A DNA stretch of 64,000 bases from NCBI GenBank assembly GCA_963752285.1, contig CAVVXN010000001.1:160001-224000 (forward strand). Reading direction: 5' to 3'. The notes below the pieces were generated by a model. The model ran no database searches and was not told the DNA's origin. It saw only the letters and a list, made by a program, of their open reading frames with translations. Source of the DNA: an uncultured Planctomycetota bacterium (GTDB lineage Bacteria; Planctomycetota; PLA2; JAEUHO01). The first letter of the stretch is position 1; every line of letters begins with the position of its first letter. Below are positions 18,156 to 28,056 of the stretch, one piece after another. Position numbers and translations under genes: made by a program.

Positions 18156-21100
18156 GGAGTCGCGTGAAGCGCGTCCTCACCGCGGTCGTCGTCGTCGTCG
18201 TTGGGGTGCGGGCCACCGCCGCGGCGAACCGCTACGCGCCGCTCCCCCCCGCGATCGCGGCGATCGAGGTGGCACCCGCGGACGCCGAGCGCGCAACGGC
18301 CGCGATGGCGGCGCTCGAGCGCGCGCTCCGGGCCGGGCGGGACCTGTCGGCGGCCGAACCCGACGCGCGCGGACGCGCGATCCGGGCCGCGCGGCAAGCC
18401 CTCGTGGGCCTCGGCGACGCCGGACTGGTGGCGGCGAGCCGCCGGCTCGAGGCGGGCGAAGTGCCCCCCGGGCTCGTCGCGGAGCTCCTGCCTGTGATCG
18501 GGGTGGCCGAGAATCCCGCCGCGGACGACGTGCTGCGCCTCGCCGCCGGCGAGCCGAACGCCGCCGAGCGCATGCTCGCGGCCGACGGACTCGCGTGGGG
18601 GCGCACGCACGCCGCCGTAGACGCGCTCGTCCACCTCGCCGAAGATCCCGTGCCCGGCGTGCGGAGCGCCGCAGAGCGCGCGCTCTTCGCGATCGACACG
18701 CCGCGCGCCGCGGAGGCGCGCGCCGCGCTGCCGCCCGAGACGACCACCGAAGCAGCGGCACGACGACTCCACGGGCACGCCGCGCGGGGCGACACGGCGG
18801 AGTCGCTCGTGGACCTCGCGCGGGCGAGCTGGGAGCACGGCCGGAGCCCGTCCGAGCGGCTCGAGGCGGCGGCGCTCCTCGTCACGGGGCGGTTCCGGGT
18901 GCCGCTCGACCTCCTCCTCTCCATGGTGCGCGAGCTGGGGACCGATCCCGTCGGCGCTACGGCTTCGCGCCTCGCGCTGGGCGCACCGCGGTTCGGGTAC
19001 GACCCGTTGCTCGAACGCCGGATCGCGATCCAGGCGGCGTGGCTCGTGCGTGCACACCCCGACGCGAGCGACGCCCTCCGGACCGAGATGCTCGGCCGGC
19101 TCGTGGACTGGCTCGCGCGACCGGCGGACGTCGATCCGTTCGACCCGCGGCCCGCGCCGGAGGTCGTGCTCCGCATGGTGCTGCCCGACTTCGGGGCGTC
19201 GATCGTGGAGCCCACGGTCGCGCGGCTCGTGGACGGCCGTTTCCACGACCCGCAGGAGGGCGTGTTCCTCTTGACGGAGGCGCTCCCGCCCGACGGCGCC
19301 GCGACCGCGCTCGGCCGGGTCCTCGACGCCACGCCGCCCGCGGCCGAGCCGGTTCGCGTCGCCGCCGTGGAGGGGCTGGAACGCATCGGCCGCGTGGGGG
19401 ACGAGGCGCTCGCGCTCCGTCTCACGGCGGCCAGCCAGCCCGACGGGCTCAAGCGCCGCACGGCGCGGGCGCTCTACGCCGAGCCGAAGCCGTTCGCGCT
19501 CGACCTGCTCGGCCGCTGGCTCGGCGGCGACGACCCGGTCCTGCGCGAAACGGCGATCGAGACGCTGGAGCGGAGACCCGGCATCGAGGCGCGCCGTCTC
19601 CTCGCGGCGCATCTGTTCACTGATCCCCTCCACTACTACCAGCGGCTGCACCACCTCGTCGAGCCGGCCGACGACCTCGCGTTCGATGTCCTCACGCGCG
19701 CGCTCGCGAGCCCGCAGCTCGGTCTGCGCGAGGCGGCGCTGGCCGCGCTGCGGACCGTGCCGGCGCTGTGGACACCGCACGGGCGCGCGCTGGTGCTTGG
19801 CTACGAGCCCCGCGCGGAGGGTCGGGAGGCGCGCACGCTCGAGCTCGAGGAGTGGCTGACCGCGCGGTTCGTCCTCGCGCGGGACACCGTGATCCCGTAC
19901 CTCCGCGCGGCGTGGCCGGAGCTCGTGCGCCTCGCGTGGGCGGACCGACCCGTGCGGAGCCTGCAGAGCTTCCGCGGCCCCGACGCGGACGCGGACGTCG
20001 TGGACCTCGTGCTCGAGAAGGTCGGTTGGGACGGCGCGAGGTTCAACGCGGACAAGGACATGTTGATCGCCGCGACGACGGCCCTCGCGGGGCGGACGGG
20101 TCACGAGGACGAGGAGCTCGACCGCGTGTGGCGCGCACTCCTCGAGCAGGACGACCTGGACGTCGCGATGAGCGCGGTGCGCTCGCTCGCGTTCCCCGGG
20201 CGCGGCGACCTGACGGCGCCCCTCCTCGGCGTGCTCGCGCGCGTGCGCGGCGACACGAACGAGAGCAGCGGCGTGAGCGACGTCCAGTCGGTCCTCGACG
20301 CCCTCGAGTTCCAGCCGGAGCCGCCGGTCGAGTCGGCGCTCGTCGCGCTGCTCCTCGACCCGCACGTGGAACCCTCGCTGCGCACCGAGGCCGGTCAGCG
20401 TCTCGTCGGTCGCGTGTCGGAGAAGGGCCGCGAGACGCTGGTCGCCTGGCTCCTCGACAAGGACGCGCCGAGCGCGGATCTCGGCGTGCAGCGTGTCGTG
20501 GCCCGAGCGGTGGGCACCGGCAGTGGACCGACGGTCCCGACTCGCTTCGTGAAGGCCCTCGAGGCGGGCGTCGAATCCTGGCTGGGCGACCCCGCGCACC
20601 TCGACCCGGACGCGCTGTACGAGCCCGACGACGCGCCGCGCGCCGCGCTGCTGACGCGCGTCGTGGCGTTCAGCGGCGACGACGACGCGATCGCACGGGC
20701 GGCGGCACTGCTGTTCCGACCGGGATTCGCGGTCTATGCGTGGCGCACGGTGGACCGGGGGTCGGCGACGCTCGCGCCCGCGGACGCGTCCGCCGCCACC
20801 GCGTACGGCCCCGAGGTGAACGCGCGCCGCCACCGCGGGGAGAGGGCCTACTCCGTCTTCCCGGACGAGGCGATCGGAATCCTCAACGCCCTGGCGGTCG
20901 TCCCCGACGACCGGCTCGACGCGGCGGTTGCGCGCGCGATCGGCGACGGCTCCGATCTCGTGTCGTTCCCCGACCTCTATCTCGACGTGGCCGTCGCGGT
21001 CCTCCACGACCTGAAGGAGGGCGACCACCCGAAGACCGCGGCCCGCCTCGAGGCGCTCGCGTGGCGACTCGCTCCCGTCGGCGGCGCGGCCGACTTCGGT

Positions 21101-21796
21101 CTCGCGTACGAGAGCGCGGGCCGGAACGTCGAGTCAGGTCGATTCGCAGAGGCCGCGGCCGACGAGGCGCGCGCGGTCGGCATCCTGGCGCGGCGCGACT
21201 ACGACGACGACCGCGGCTGGCCGTGGCGTCGCGAGCACGCACGCCTCGTCGCGATGCGCGCGGCCGCCGACGCTGCGGCGGGTCGGATCGACGACGCACG
21301 GCGGGGATTCGACGCGGCACGAGCGCTGAGTCCGTACGACCCGGCGGTCTTGGGGACGATTGCCGACCTCCTCGCGCGCCTGCGCCTCGACCTGGACGTG
21401 GCCCTCGCGGACGCGCTTCGCGCGACGACGCTCGAGCGGCGCATGAACCGGCTCGGCGAAGCCTCCACCGAGAACGGATGGGTCCTCGCGCGGGTGCGCC
21501 TCGCGCGCGGCGAGGTCCGCGAGGCCGCGGACCTGCTCGACGTGCTCCACCAGAAGAACCGCACGGACGCGCGGACCGCGAGCGGCATCGAGCTCGACTA
21601 CGCGCGGGCGCTGGCGCGGTCGGGCTACGAGTCCGACGCCGCCGCGGCCCTGACGAGGGCCCTGGTGGAGAATCCCGCCCTGGCCGAGAACGCGGCCGGA
21701 TGCGAGGCCTTCGCCACCTGGCGAACGGACGGGCGGCTGAAGAGGATCACCGATGCCGCGCAACGGGAGCGCGAAGCCCGCTCGATCGACGACTGA
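18152..21796 (+). CDS. Large secreted HEAT/TPR-repeat protein
   Basis: ATG overlaps the nnrD stop; signal peptide; DPVPGVRSAAERAL-type HEAT repeats and C-terminal TPR-like repeats. Confidence 0.75.
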   Translation: MRSRVKRVLTAVVVVVVGVRATAAANRYAPLPPAIAAIEVAPADAERATAAMAALERALRAGRDLSAAEPDARGRAIRAARQALVGLGDAGLVAASRRLEAGEVPPGLVAELLPVIGVAENPAADDVLRLAAGEPNAAERMLAADGLAWGRTHAAVDALVHLAEDPVPGVRSAAERALFAIDTPRAAEARAALPPETTTEAAARRLHGHAARGDTAESLVDLARASWEHGRSPSERLEAAALLVTGRFRVPLDLLLSMVRELGTDPVGATASRLALGAPRFGYDPLLERRIAIQAAWLVRAHPDASDALRTEMLGRLVDWLARPADVDPFDPRPAPEVVLRMVLPDFGASIVEPTVARLVDGRFHDPQEGVFLLTEALPPDGAATALGRVLDATPPAAEPVRVAAVEGLERIGRVGDEALALRLTAASQPDGLKRRTARALYAEPKPFALDLLGRWLGGDDPVLRETAIETLERRPGIEARRLLAAHLFTDPLHYYQRLHHLVEPADDLAFDVLTRALASPQLGLREAALAALRTVPALWTPHGRALVLGYEPRAEGREARTLELEEWLTARFVLARDTVIPYLRAAWPELVRLAWADRPVRSLQSFRGPDADADVVDLVLEKVGWDGARFNADKDMLIAATTALAGRTGHEDEELDRVWRALLEQDDLDVAMSAVRSLAFPGRGDLTAPLLGVLARVRGDTNESSGVSDVQSVLDALEFQPEPPVESALVALLLDPHVEPSLRTEAGQRLVGRVSEKGRETLVAWLLDKDAPSADLGVQRVVARAVGTGSGPTVPTRFVKALEAGVESWLGDPAHLDPDALYEPDDAPRAALLTRVVAFSGDDDAIARAAALLFRPGFAVYAWRTVDRGSATLAPADASAATAYGPEVNARRHRGERAYSVFPDEAIGILNALAVVPDDRLDAAVARAIGDGSDLVSFPDLYLDVAVAVLHDLKEGDHPKTAARLEALAWRLAPVGGAADFGLAYESAGRNVESGRFAEAAADEARAVGILARRDYDDDRGWPWRREHARLVAMRAAADAAAGRIDDARRGFDAARALSPYDPAVLGTIADLLARLRLDLDVALADALRATTLERRMNRLGEASTENGWVLARVRLARGEVREAADLLDVLHQKNRTDARTASGIELDYARALARSGYESDAAAALTRALVENPALAENAAGCEAFATWRTDGRLKRITDAAQREREARSIDD

Positions 21797-21812
21797 CGGT
21801 CGCACCGTACGT

Positions 21813-22820
21813 CTAGGTTCCTACCCGGTCGGCCAGCCAGACCAGCCAGTTCGTCAGCCATGTCTCGAGGTCCTGGACCTCCTTCGGGATGCCGTAGCCC
21901 TGGCGGGTCGTCAGCTCGTACGCCCCGAAGAAGAGGACGCGGCCGTTCGCGGGGTCGGACGCGATGAGGACCGGCAGCGTGGCCCCGCGGTCGGGTGAGA
22001 CCTCGAGCAGGGTCGCTGCGCCGTTGGCGACACTCTCGACCGGCCAGCACTGGCTCGTGCCCCAGGGCTTGTCGCCGGTGCCCTTGACGCCCCAGATCGC
22101 GCGGCTCCAGCGCGGCCACGCGACGAGGCGGCTCACGGGGTGCGTCACGCCGGGGTCCGTGACGCGGAAGGGCTTCATGCCGCCGAGCACCCCGGGCAGG
22201 GGCGAGCCTTCGAGGGGGAGGCTCTTCGCGACGGGGATCAAGGGACCGAGCACGGGGTTGTCGAGCATCGATCCGCCGTCGGGACGGCCCGGGATGGCGA
22301 GCAGGCCGAGACGGTGGTCGTGCACGCGCGCGGCGACCTCCACCCAGAAGGCCTCGGGGAAGCGGGCGACGTCGATCGCGTCGAGGACGAGCACGTCGAT
22401 GGCCTCCCCCTCGAAGATCGAGGCCTCGGGCATGGCGTCGAGGACGTGGGCGTTCTCGAGCGCGCCCGGCGGCGGCGCGCCGCTGCCGGAGCTCGGCGGG
22501 GACGGCTCGACCCACGCGGTGACCTTGACCTTCGGCTTGCTCCCCCACCACTGGGAGAGCGACGCGGGCACCCGCTCGACGTATCGCGTCAGCAGGAGGA
22601 CATGGAGCTCGCCGCCCACCGGGTACGCCTCGATCGGCGGTTGCTGCTCGGGCGGCGGGGCCACGAGCGTGGTCCCGGTCCCGGTCGGCGCGGTGGGCGC
22701 GGTGGCGGGGGTCTCACCGGACGGGACCGTCGGCGTCACCGGGGATCCGATGACGCCCAACGCGAAGAGCGCGGCGACGACGGCCGCCGCGATCACGAGC
22801 AGGATGACGACAGTCCGCAC
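21813..22820 (-). CDS. Membrane-anchored hypothetical protein, possible class-I glutamine-amidotransferase-like fold
   Basis: N-terminal TM, Pro/Thr linker, IDVLVLD..GLLAIPG..GRVLFFG pattern. Confidence 0.6.
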   Translation of the reverse strand: MRTVVILLVIAAAVVAALFALGVIGSPVTPTVPSGETPATAPTAPTGTGTTLVAPPPEQQPPIEAYPVGGELHVLLLTRYVERVPASLSQWWGSKPKVKVTAWVEPSPPSSGSGAPPPGALENAHVLDAMPEASIFEGEAIDVLVLDAIDVARFPEAFWVEVAARVHDHRLGLLAIPGRPDGGSMLDNPVLGPLIPVAKSLPLEGSPLPGVLGGMKPFRVTDPGVTHPVSRLVAWPRWSRAIWGVKGTGDKPWGTSQCWPVESVANGAATLLEVSPDRGATLPVLIASDPANGRVLFFGAYELTTRQGYGIPKEVQDLETWLTNWLVWLADRVGT

Positions 22821-22928
22821 CGGTGGTCCTCCCGAGGGCCGCTCCCCATCCAGCAGGCCGGGGGGCCCGAGGATACCGGCGATCGGACAGGGTCGGGCGC
22901 GGCGCCGCGGGGCGGGCTCGCGTGCCGG

Positions 22929-23054
22929 CTACGGGAACTTGCCGCCCTGGGCGCGACGACGGTTCACGATCTTGCGACCGCGGCTCGTCTTCATCCGCGC
23001 GCGGAACCCCACTCGCTGCTGCTTGGTCTTGGTGTTTCGCCGTCGGACGTGCAT
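22929..23054 (-). CDS. rpmH: 50S ribosomal protein L34 (41 aa; not in ORF track)
   Basis: MHVRRRNTKTKQQRVGFRARMKTSRGRKIVNRRRAQGGKFP; GAGGT RBS; TTGACT -35-like element at 23103-23108. Confidence 0.9.
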   Translation of the reverse strand: MHVRRRNTKTKQQRVGFRARMKTSRGRKIVNRRRAQGGKFP

Positions 23055-23143
23055 GGCCCACCTCGGTGCCGGGGGGGGGAATGTTCGCCGGGGGCGGGGC
23101 CGAGTCAAGCCCGCCCAGGCCTGGCGGCCCTACAATTCCGGCG

Positions 23144-23797
23144 ATGGAGACCGGCGTCTGCCCCGCGTGCGCCCGGCCGTACACGAGCGGTGAGGTCACC
23201 GGCCTCGGGATCCTGCGGTCGCGCCCGGAGGCGCGGGGCGGCCCGTACGTCGAGTTCTCCTGCCCGGGGTGCGGGCGACAGATCCTCTTGATCCCCCACG
23301 GAGAGGGCCGATTCGCCCCGCCGGGCGCCCCCCCGCCCGAGACGGTGCCGGCGGACCAGCGCCGGGTCCCTTGGGCAGGCCGGCGCGAGGCGCGCCGCAG
23401 GCCCGGGACGCCCGCCGCCGGACCCGCGCCGGAGGACTCCGCTCCGGAGCCGGTCGTCCTCCATCCCCCTCCCGCCGCGAAGCCGCCGCCATCGCCCGGG
23501 AGTGGGCCGCCGGCGTCGCCGGCGCGGACGGCCGGGCCCGAGGAGCGGGTCTCGGGCGGGGTCTCGGGCACGGGGGCGGCGGACCCCCCGATGACGGTCT
23601 CGGAGGCGATCGGGATCCTGGGCGTCCCGCTGACCGCCGACCGGAAGGAGATCGAGAAGGCGTTTCGCGAGAGGAGTCTCGCGTGCCATCCGGACAAAGT
23701 GGCTCACCTCGACGCCGAGTTCCAGGCGCTCGCGGAGCGGAAGTTCCGCCGGCTCCGGCAGGCGTTCGGGATGCTCGTCCCGAACGAGGAGTCGTGA
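23144..23797 (+). CDS. Zn-ribbon plus C-terminal J-domain protein
   Basis: CPAC..CPGC, Pro-rich linker, ILGV...EIEKAFR..CHPDK..AERKF. Confidence 0.85.
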   Translation: METGVCPACARPYTSGEVTGLGILRSRPEARGGPYVEFSCPGCGRQILLIPHGEGRFAPPGAPPPETVPADQRRVPWAGRREARRRPGTPAAGPAPEDSAPEPVVLHPPPAAKPPPSPGSGPPASPARTAGPEERVSGGVSGTGAADPPMTVSEAIGILGVPLTADRKEIEKAFRERSLACHPDKVAHLDAEFQALAERKFRRLRQAFGMLVPNEES

Positions 23798-23861
23798 TCC
23801 GGACCGGGCCGGACCCCGCCGGGCTGGTCAGGCGGCACGTACCCTGCTCAAATGCCGGTCC

Positions 23862-24812
23862 ATGAAGGTCCAGCGCTGTCCCTCCTGCGGGGCCCGCTTC
23901 AACATCGAGCGCCTCGGCCCCGGTGAGCGCTTCTCGTGCACACGTTGCGGAGCGAACGTGAACGTCGTCCAACCCGTTCGCTTCTCCCCGGGGCTCCTCG
24001 TCGCGGGGTTCCTCGTCCTCGGCTCGCTGTTCGTCTGGAGCCCGGTCGGGCGCTCGGCCGGTCTCGTCTGGCCCTGGGAGCAGGCCACGCAGTCCGGCGA
24101 GCTGACGGTGCTCGTCGGCGTCGTGCTCTGGGCCGCGATCGGCGTGTGGACCGTGCTCGCCTCGCTCGTGCCCGGCGCAGGACACCGGAGCCTGCCCCTC
24201 GTCGCGCTGGCGGCGGTGGCGCTCCTGTCATCGAGCTCGGGTCCGGGGCCGTTCGAGATTCGCGAATCGCGGCCGTTCGTCTGGATGGCCGGCGTCTCGG
24301 TCCTCGGGGCCGGCCTCGTGCTCGCGCGCCGCGGCGACACGACGCGGCTCGCGCGCGCGGTGCTCCTGGTCGGTGCGATCGCGGTGGCGGCCTGGTTCCT
24401 CACCACCTTCGACCCGAAGGGGCCGGGGCGCATCGAGAGCCTCGTCGGCGAGGTCGGCGAGGTCTTCCAGAAGCGACTGCGCCCGGAGCACCAGGGCCTG
24501 GACTACATCCTCGGGCACCTCGCGGGTCAGCTCGGGGTCGCGCTCGTCGCCGGGGGGGCGCTCCTGTACGCGTGCGGCCTCCGCGCGCGGACCTTCGCGC
24601 TCGTGCTCATGATCCTCCTGGTGACCGCGCTCCTCCTGCCGGGCGCCGCGCGGCTCGGCCAGTCGCTGCAGGGCGGTTTCGAATGGGCCGACGTGCGGCG
24701 GGTCGCGACCTCCGACGTCGGACAGGTGCTGGTGCTCGACGGACTGGCGCTCTGGGCGCTCCTCGTCTTCGCCGTGGCGGACCTCGTCGGGGCGAGAGGA
24801 GAGGTGGCGTGA
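23862..24812 (+). CDS. Multi-pass membrane protein with N-terminal Zn ribbon
   Basis: CPSC...CTRC followed by multiple hydrophobic segments. Confidence 0.75.
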   Translation: MKVQRCPSCGARFNIERLGPGERFSCTRCGANVNVVQPVRFSPGLLVAGFLVLGSLFVWSPVGRSAGLVWPWEQATQSGELTVLVGVVLWAAIGVWTVLASLVPGAGHRSLPLVALAAVALLSSSSGPGPFEIRESRPFVWMAGVSVLGAGLVLARRGDTTRLARAVLLVGAIAVAAWFLTTFDPKGPGRIESLVGEVGEVFQKRLRPEHQGLDYILGHLAGQLGVALVAGGALLYACGLRARTFALVLMILLVTALLLPGAARLGQSLQGGFEWADVRRVATSDVGQVLVLDGLALWALLVFAVADLVGARGEVA

Positions 24813-26029
24813 GCGAGGAACGGCACTTCGAGGTCGAGCCCGAGGCGGGGTCCCTGCCCGTCGAGAGGAAGACCCCCGTCTCGCGACCGCCGCTCCCGAC
24901 GTCCCGGCGCGGTGCCCGCACGGAGGCGGAGAGCGTCCCGCCGCTCCCGCTCGCGCTCCGGCCCACGAGCCTGCTCGTCGTCGGCTTCGTGCTCGCCGTG
25001 TTGACCTGGCTCGGGTACCAGAACCCGTTCTCGAACGTGAACCAGCCGATGCCCTACTGGCCATGGGACCTGTTCCGCTCGAACCTCGCGGGTGGCGGCG
25101 GTCTCTCGTTCACGTGGGACGCGTACCGGAGCGTCGGCCTCGTGGGCGGGCTCGTCGTCCTCGGCTTCCTCGTGCTCGCGATCGCGCGCTCGGGACCGCG
25201 CCGCGCGGTGGCGATCTGGGTGTTCGTCGTGATCGCGGCGGTCCTCTACTGGCCGGATCCCGAGCGTGACATCGGGTTCCCGTGGGAGGTGGCGAGCGTG
25301 CTCGCGGCCGCGTTCGGCGCGGGCGCGGTGCTTCGGGCTCGGGGCGGACGGGTCCGCGAACGCGCGCTCCTGGTGGCAGGCGCGATCGCGCTCCTCGCGC
25401 TGCTCCTCCTCCCGCGCATCGACGAGTCCACGTGGAGTCCGCTCGGCTGGACGGCCGTACGACCGATCGTCGAGGTCGTGACCGGGTCGCGACCGGTGGG
25501 CTTCGACCACCTCCTCACGACCGCGAGCGGACTCCAGCTCGTCGGCCTCGCGCTCCTCTTCGTCGCCGGGGTGGTGGGCCTCCTCGGCCTCGGCGGCCGC
25601 TGGCTCGGGGCCGCCACGATCGCCGTCGCCGTCCTCACGGCCTTCGCGCCCCCCCTCGCGGCCCACGCGTTCGGCATCCCGGCCGCGCCCGACTCGGCCG
25701 CGCTGCCCGACCTCGTGTCCTTCACGTCGCAGCCGCGCTGGCTCGCCGACCTCGGGCTCGCCCTCGCCGCGGTGGGGACGCTCCTCGCGCTCGTCCGGGT
25801 CCGACCGGGCGTCGCCGTGGGGGCGGCCGGTCTCGCGGTGTGGATCCTCGCGGTCGTCGCGGCGACCACGGCCTACCGCCTGGGCGTGGAGGGCACGCGG
25901 AACTCCTCCGTCTTCTTCGGGGGTCTCCTGCCGGGCAGCCTCTGGCTCGGCGCGGGCCTCGGCCTGGTCATCGCCCCCATCGCGGCGGCGCTGGTGGACG
26001 GGGGACCGCCGAGGACCCGGCCCCGCTGA
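24809..26029 (+). CDS. Multi-pass membrane protein, apparent paralog of the upstream gene
   Basis: GTG overlaps the upstream TGA, with GGAGAGG RBS; many TM helices. Confidence 0.75.
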   Translation: MSEERHFEVEPEAGSLPVERKTPVSRPPLPTSRRGARTEAESVPPLPLALRPTSLLVVGFVLAVLTWLGYQNPFSNVNQPMPYWPWDLFRSNLAGGGGLSFTWDAYRSVGLVGGLVVLGFLVLAIARSGPRRAVAIWVFVVIAAVLYWPDPERDIGFPWEVASVLAAAFGAGAVLRARGGRVRERALLVAGAIALLALLLLPRIDESTWSPLGWTAVRPIVEVVTGSRPVGFDHLLTTASGLQLVGLALLFVAGVVGLLGLGGRWLGAATIAVAVLTAFAPPLAAHAFGIPAAPDSAALPDLVSFTSQPRWLADLGLALAAVGTLLALVRVRPGVAVGAAGLAVWILAVVAATTAYRLGVEGTRNSSVFFGGLLPGSLWLGAGLGLVIAPIAAALVDGGPPRTRPR

Positions 26030-26186
26030 AGGGGGACCGGACCGACCCGACCGCGGTACGCGGATCCGGCTCGGTCGCCTTCCCGGCCGCGCGGCGCGTG
26101 GGCTGGTACCTTGCGGACGTTTCCAGGAACAGAGGCCCGACCGCCTCTTTGCGCCCGCACCCCGCGGGACAGGGAGACCTTCCGAC

Positions 26187-28028
26187 TTGATGCTCGTTCG
26201 CGTCACCTTCCGCGGCGAGGTCCGCGAGGTGCGGAGCACGGCGTCGAGGGTCGTGCTCGGCCACGGTCCCGGGGCGGACGTGTCGCTCCCGGAGGCGGGC
26301 TGGGCCCCGACGGAGGCGATCCTCCACCACGCCGGGACGGACGTGCGCCTCGAGCGGCCGGGCGGAGAGGCGCTCCGCCTCCGGGTGGGCGACGAGGTCC
26401 GGCTCGGCCGGGCCCGGGTCTCGCTGTTGGGTCTCCTCCCGCGGGAGGCCGACGCCCCGGCGGCGCCCGGGGCGCCGGCCCTCTTCGGCGGGTACGAGAT
26501 CGACCAGCCGGCGGGCGCGCCGTTCCACCTCGTGGACGAATTGGGCCCCAGCCGGGGCGATCGACCCACCCGGGCCGCCCCGCCGCCGCCCGCACGCACG
26601 GGCGGGGCGCCCGCCGGCCCGGCGCGCCGCGGGCCCGACCGCGTCGCCGGGTCCCGGCCCGCGGCCGAGGCGTCGAGACCCGCGTCCCCGGCCTCCCCCC
26701 CGGCCCCGGCCACGACCGGCGGGGGGTCCCCCGCCGCCGCCCCGGCACCGCGGCCGGAGCCCGAGACGCGGGGTCGGGTGCCCCTCCCCCGCCCGGCCGC
26801 CCACGCCTTCGGCGAGACGAGCTTCGGCGAGGAGATGGTCCGCCAGCTTCGCCGCGCACCCTACCTGACGCTCTCCGTCGCGTTCCACGTGCTGGTCGTC
26901 GTGGTCCTCGCCCTCGTCCAGTCGCACGCGCCGCGGCCCGAGACCGAGCGAGGTCCGCTCGTCGCGCGGCTCGTGGAGCCGCGGCTCCTCGAAGCGCCCG
27001 AGGTCTTGCCCGAGGTCGAGAAGGTCCCGTCGATCCCCGACCCGTCGCCCGCCGAGGTCGCCGACCCCGAGCCGCCGACGCCCCCACCGATCGAGGAGCC
27101 GCGGCCCGAGCCGAAGGACGAGCGTCTCGACGCGCTGGAGGACGGTACGGTCGCGCCGCTACGCGTCGGCGTGGCGCCGTCGCTCAGCGCGATCGACGCG
27201 GACCGCGCGAAGCGTGCTCCGAAGCCGGCGAAGGTGGACCTCGCGCGCGCCTTCGGGAAGGCGGATCGCGACGTCGTGAACCGGCAGGTCGCGGACATGA
27301 TCCGCTCCGAGCTCGGCGTCGGCTCCGGCGGACGGGGCGACCCCCTGGGGACGCTCGCGCGGCACGACATCCTGGTGGTGACGGGCGACTGGGACCGGAT
27401 CGGGAGCGTGCTCGAGGCCCTGCGTCTGCCGTTCGAGACGACGACGCCCGTCCGCTTCGCGAGGGACGGGGGCGACCTCCATCGCTGCAAGATCATCTTC
27501 TGGAACTGCGGGAACGCGCTCGAGCCCGTCCTCCTCGCCCAGGCCGCGCGGCGCGTCCGCGCGTTCGTGAAGAACGGCGGGTACCTCTTCACGAGCGACT
27601 GGTGCGTCGGAAACCTGCTGATGTTCGCGTTCCCCGGTCTCCTCGCAACGCAGGGCCAGTGGAACCCGATGCCGGAGATGGTGATCGGGATCCGTCCCGC
27701 GAAGGGCGCGATCGGAGACCCGCTGCTCGATGGCGTGTTCCACCCGGGCGTCGAGGGACGCTGGTGGCTCGAGAACACGTCGTTCGACGTGCAGGTCAAC
27801 GACACGGAGAAGGTGAAGGTCCTGATCGAGAGCCCGGAGCTCGCCTCGCGACTCCGGAGGAGCAGCGCCGTCGCGGTGACCTTCCCGTACGGGAAGGGAC
27901 GTGTCCTCCACATCGCCGGGCACTACTACCAGGAGGAAGGGAACCTCGCCGGCACGATCTCTGCGCATCGACTCGCGATGAACTTCGTGCTGGAGCGGCT
28001 CGCAGAGGGAACCGACCGACGGCGCTGA
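26187..28028 (+). CDS. FHA-like N-terminal domain + TM + Pro-rich linker + class-I GATase-like C-terminal domain
   Basis: VVLGHGPGADVSL..LRVGDEVRLG; LSVAFHVLVVVVL TM; IIFWNCG..FVKNGGYLFTSDW..YGKGRVLH..GH. Confidence 0.7.
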   Translation: MMLVRVTFRGEVREVRSTASRVVLGHGPGADVSLPEAGWAPTEAILHHAGTDVRLERPGGEALRLRVGDEVRLGRARVSLLGLLPREADAPAAPGAPALFGGYEIDQPAGAPFHLVDELGPSRGDRPTRAAPPPPARTGGAPAGPARRGPDRVAGSRPAAEASRPASPASPPAPATTGGGSPAAAPAPRPEPETRGRVPLPRPAAHAFGETSFGEEMVRQLRRAPYLTLSVAFHVLVVVVLALVQSHAPRPETERGPLVARLVEPRLLEAPEVLPEVEKVPSIPDPSPAEVADPEPPTPPPIEEPRPEPKDERLDALEDGTVAPLRVGVAPSLSAIDADRAKRAPKPAKVDLARAFGKADRDVVNRQVADMIRSELGVGSGGRGDPLGTLARHDILVVTGDWDRIGSVLEALRLPFETTTPVRFARDGGDLHRCKIIFWNCGNALEPVLLAQAARRVRAFVKNGGYLFTSDWCVGNLLMFAFPGLLATQGQWNPMPEMVIGIRPAKGAIGDPLLDGVFHPGVEGRWWLENTSFDVQVNDTEKVKVLIESPELASRLRRSSAVAVTFPYGKGRVLHIAGHYYQEEGNLAGTISAHRLAMNFVLERLAEGTDRRR

Positions 28029-28056
28029 TCCCGGACGCGCGGCGCGCGGTCCGACC

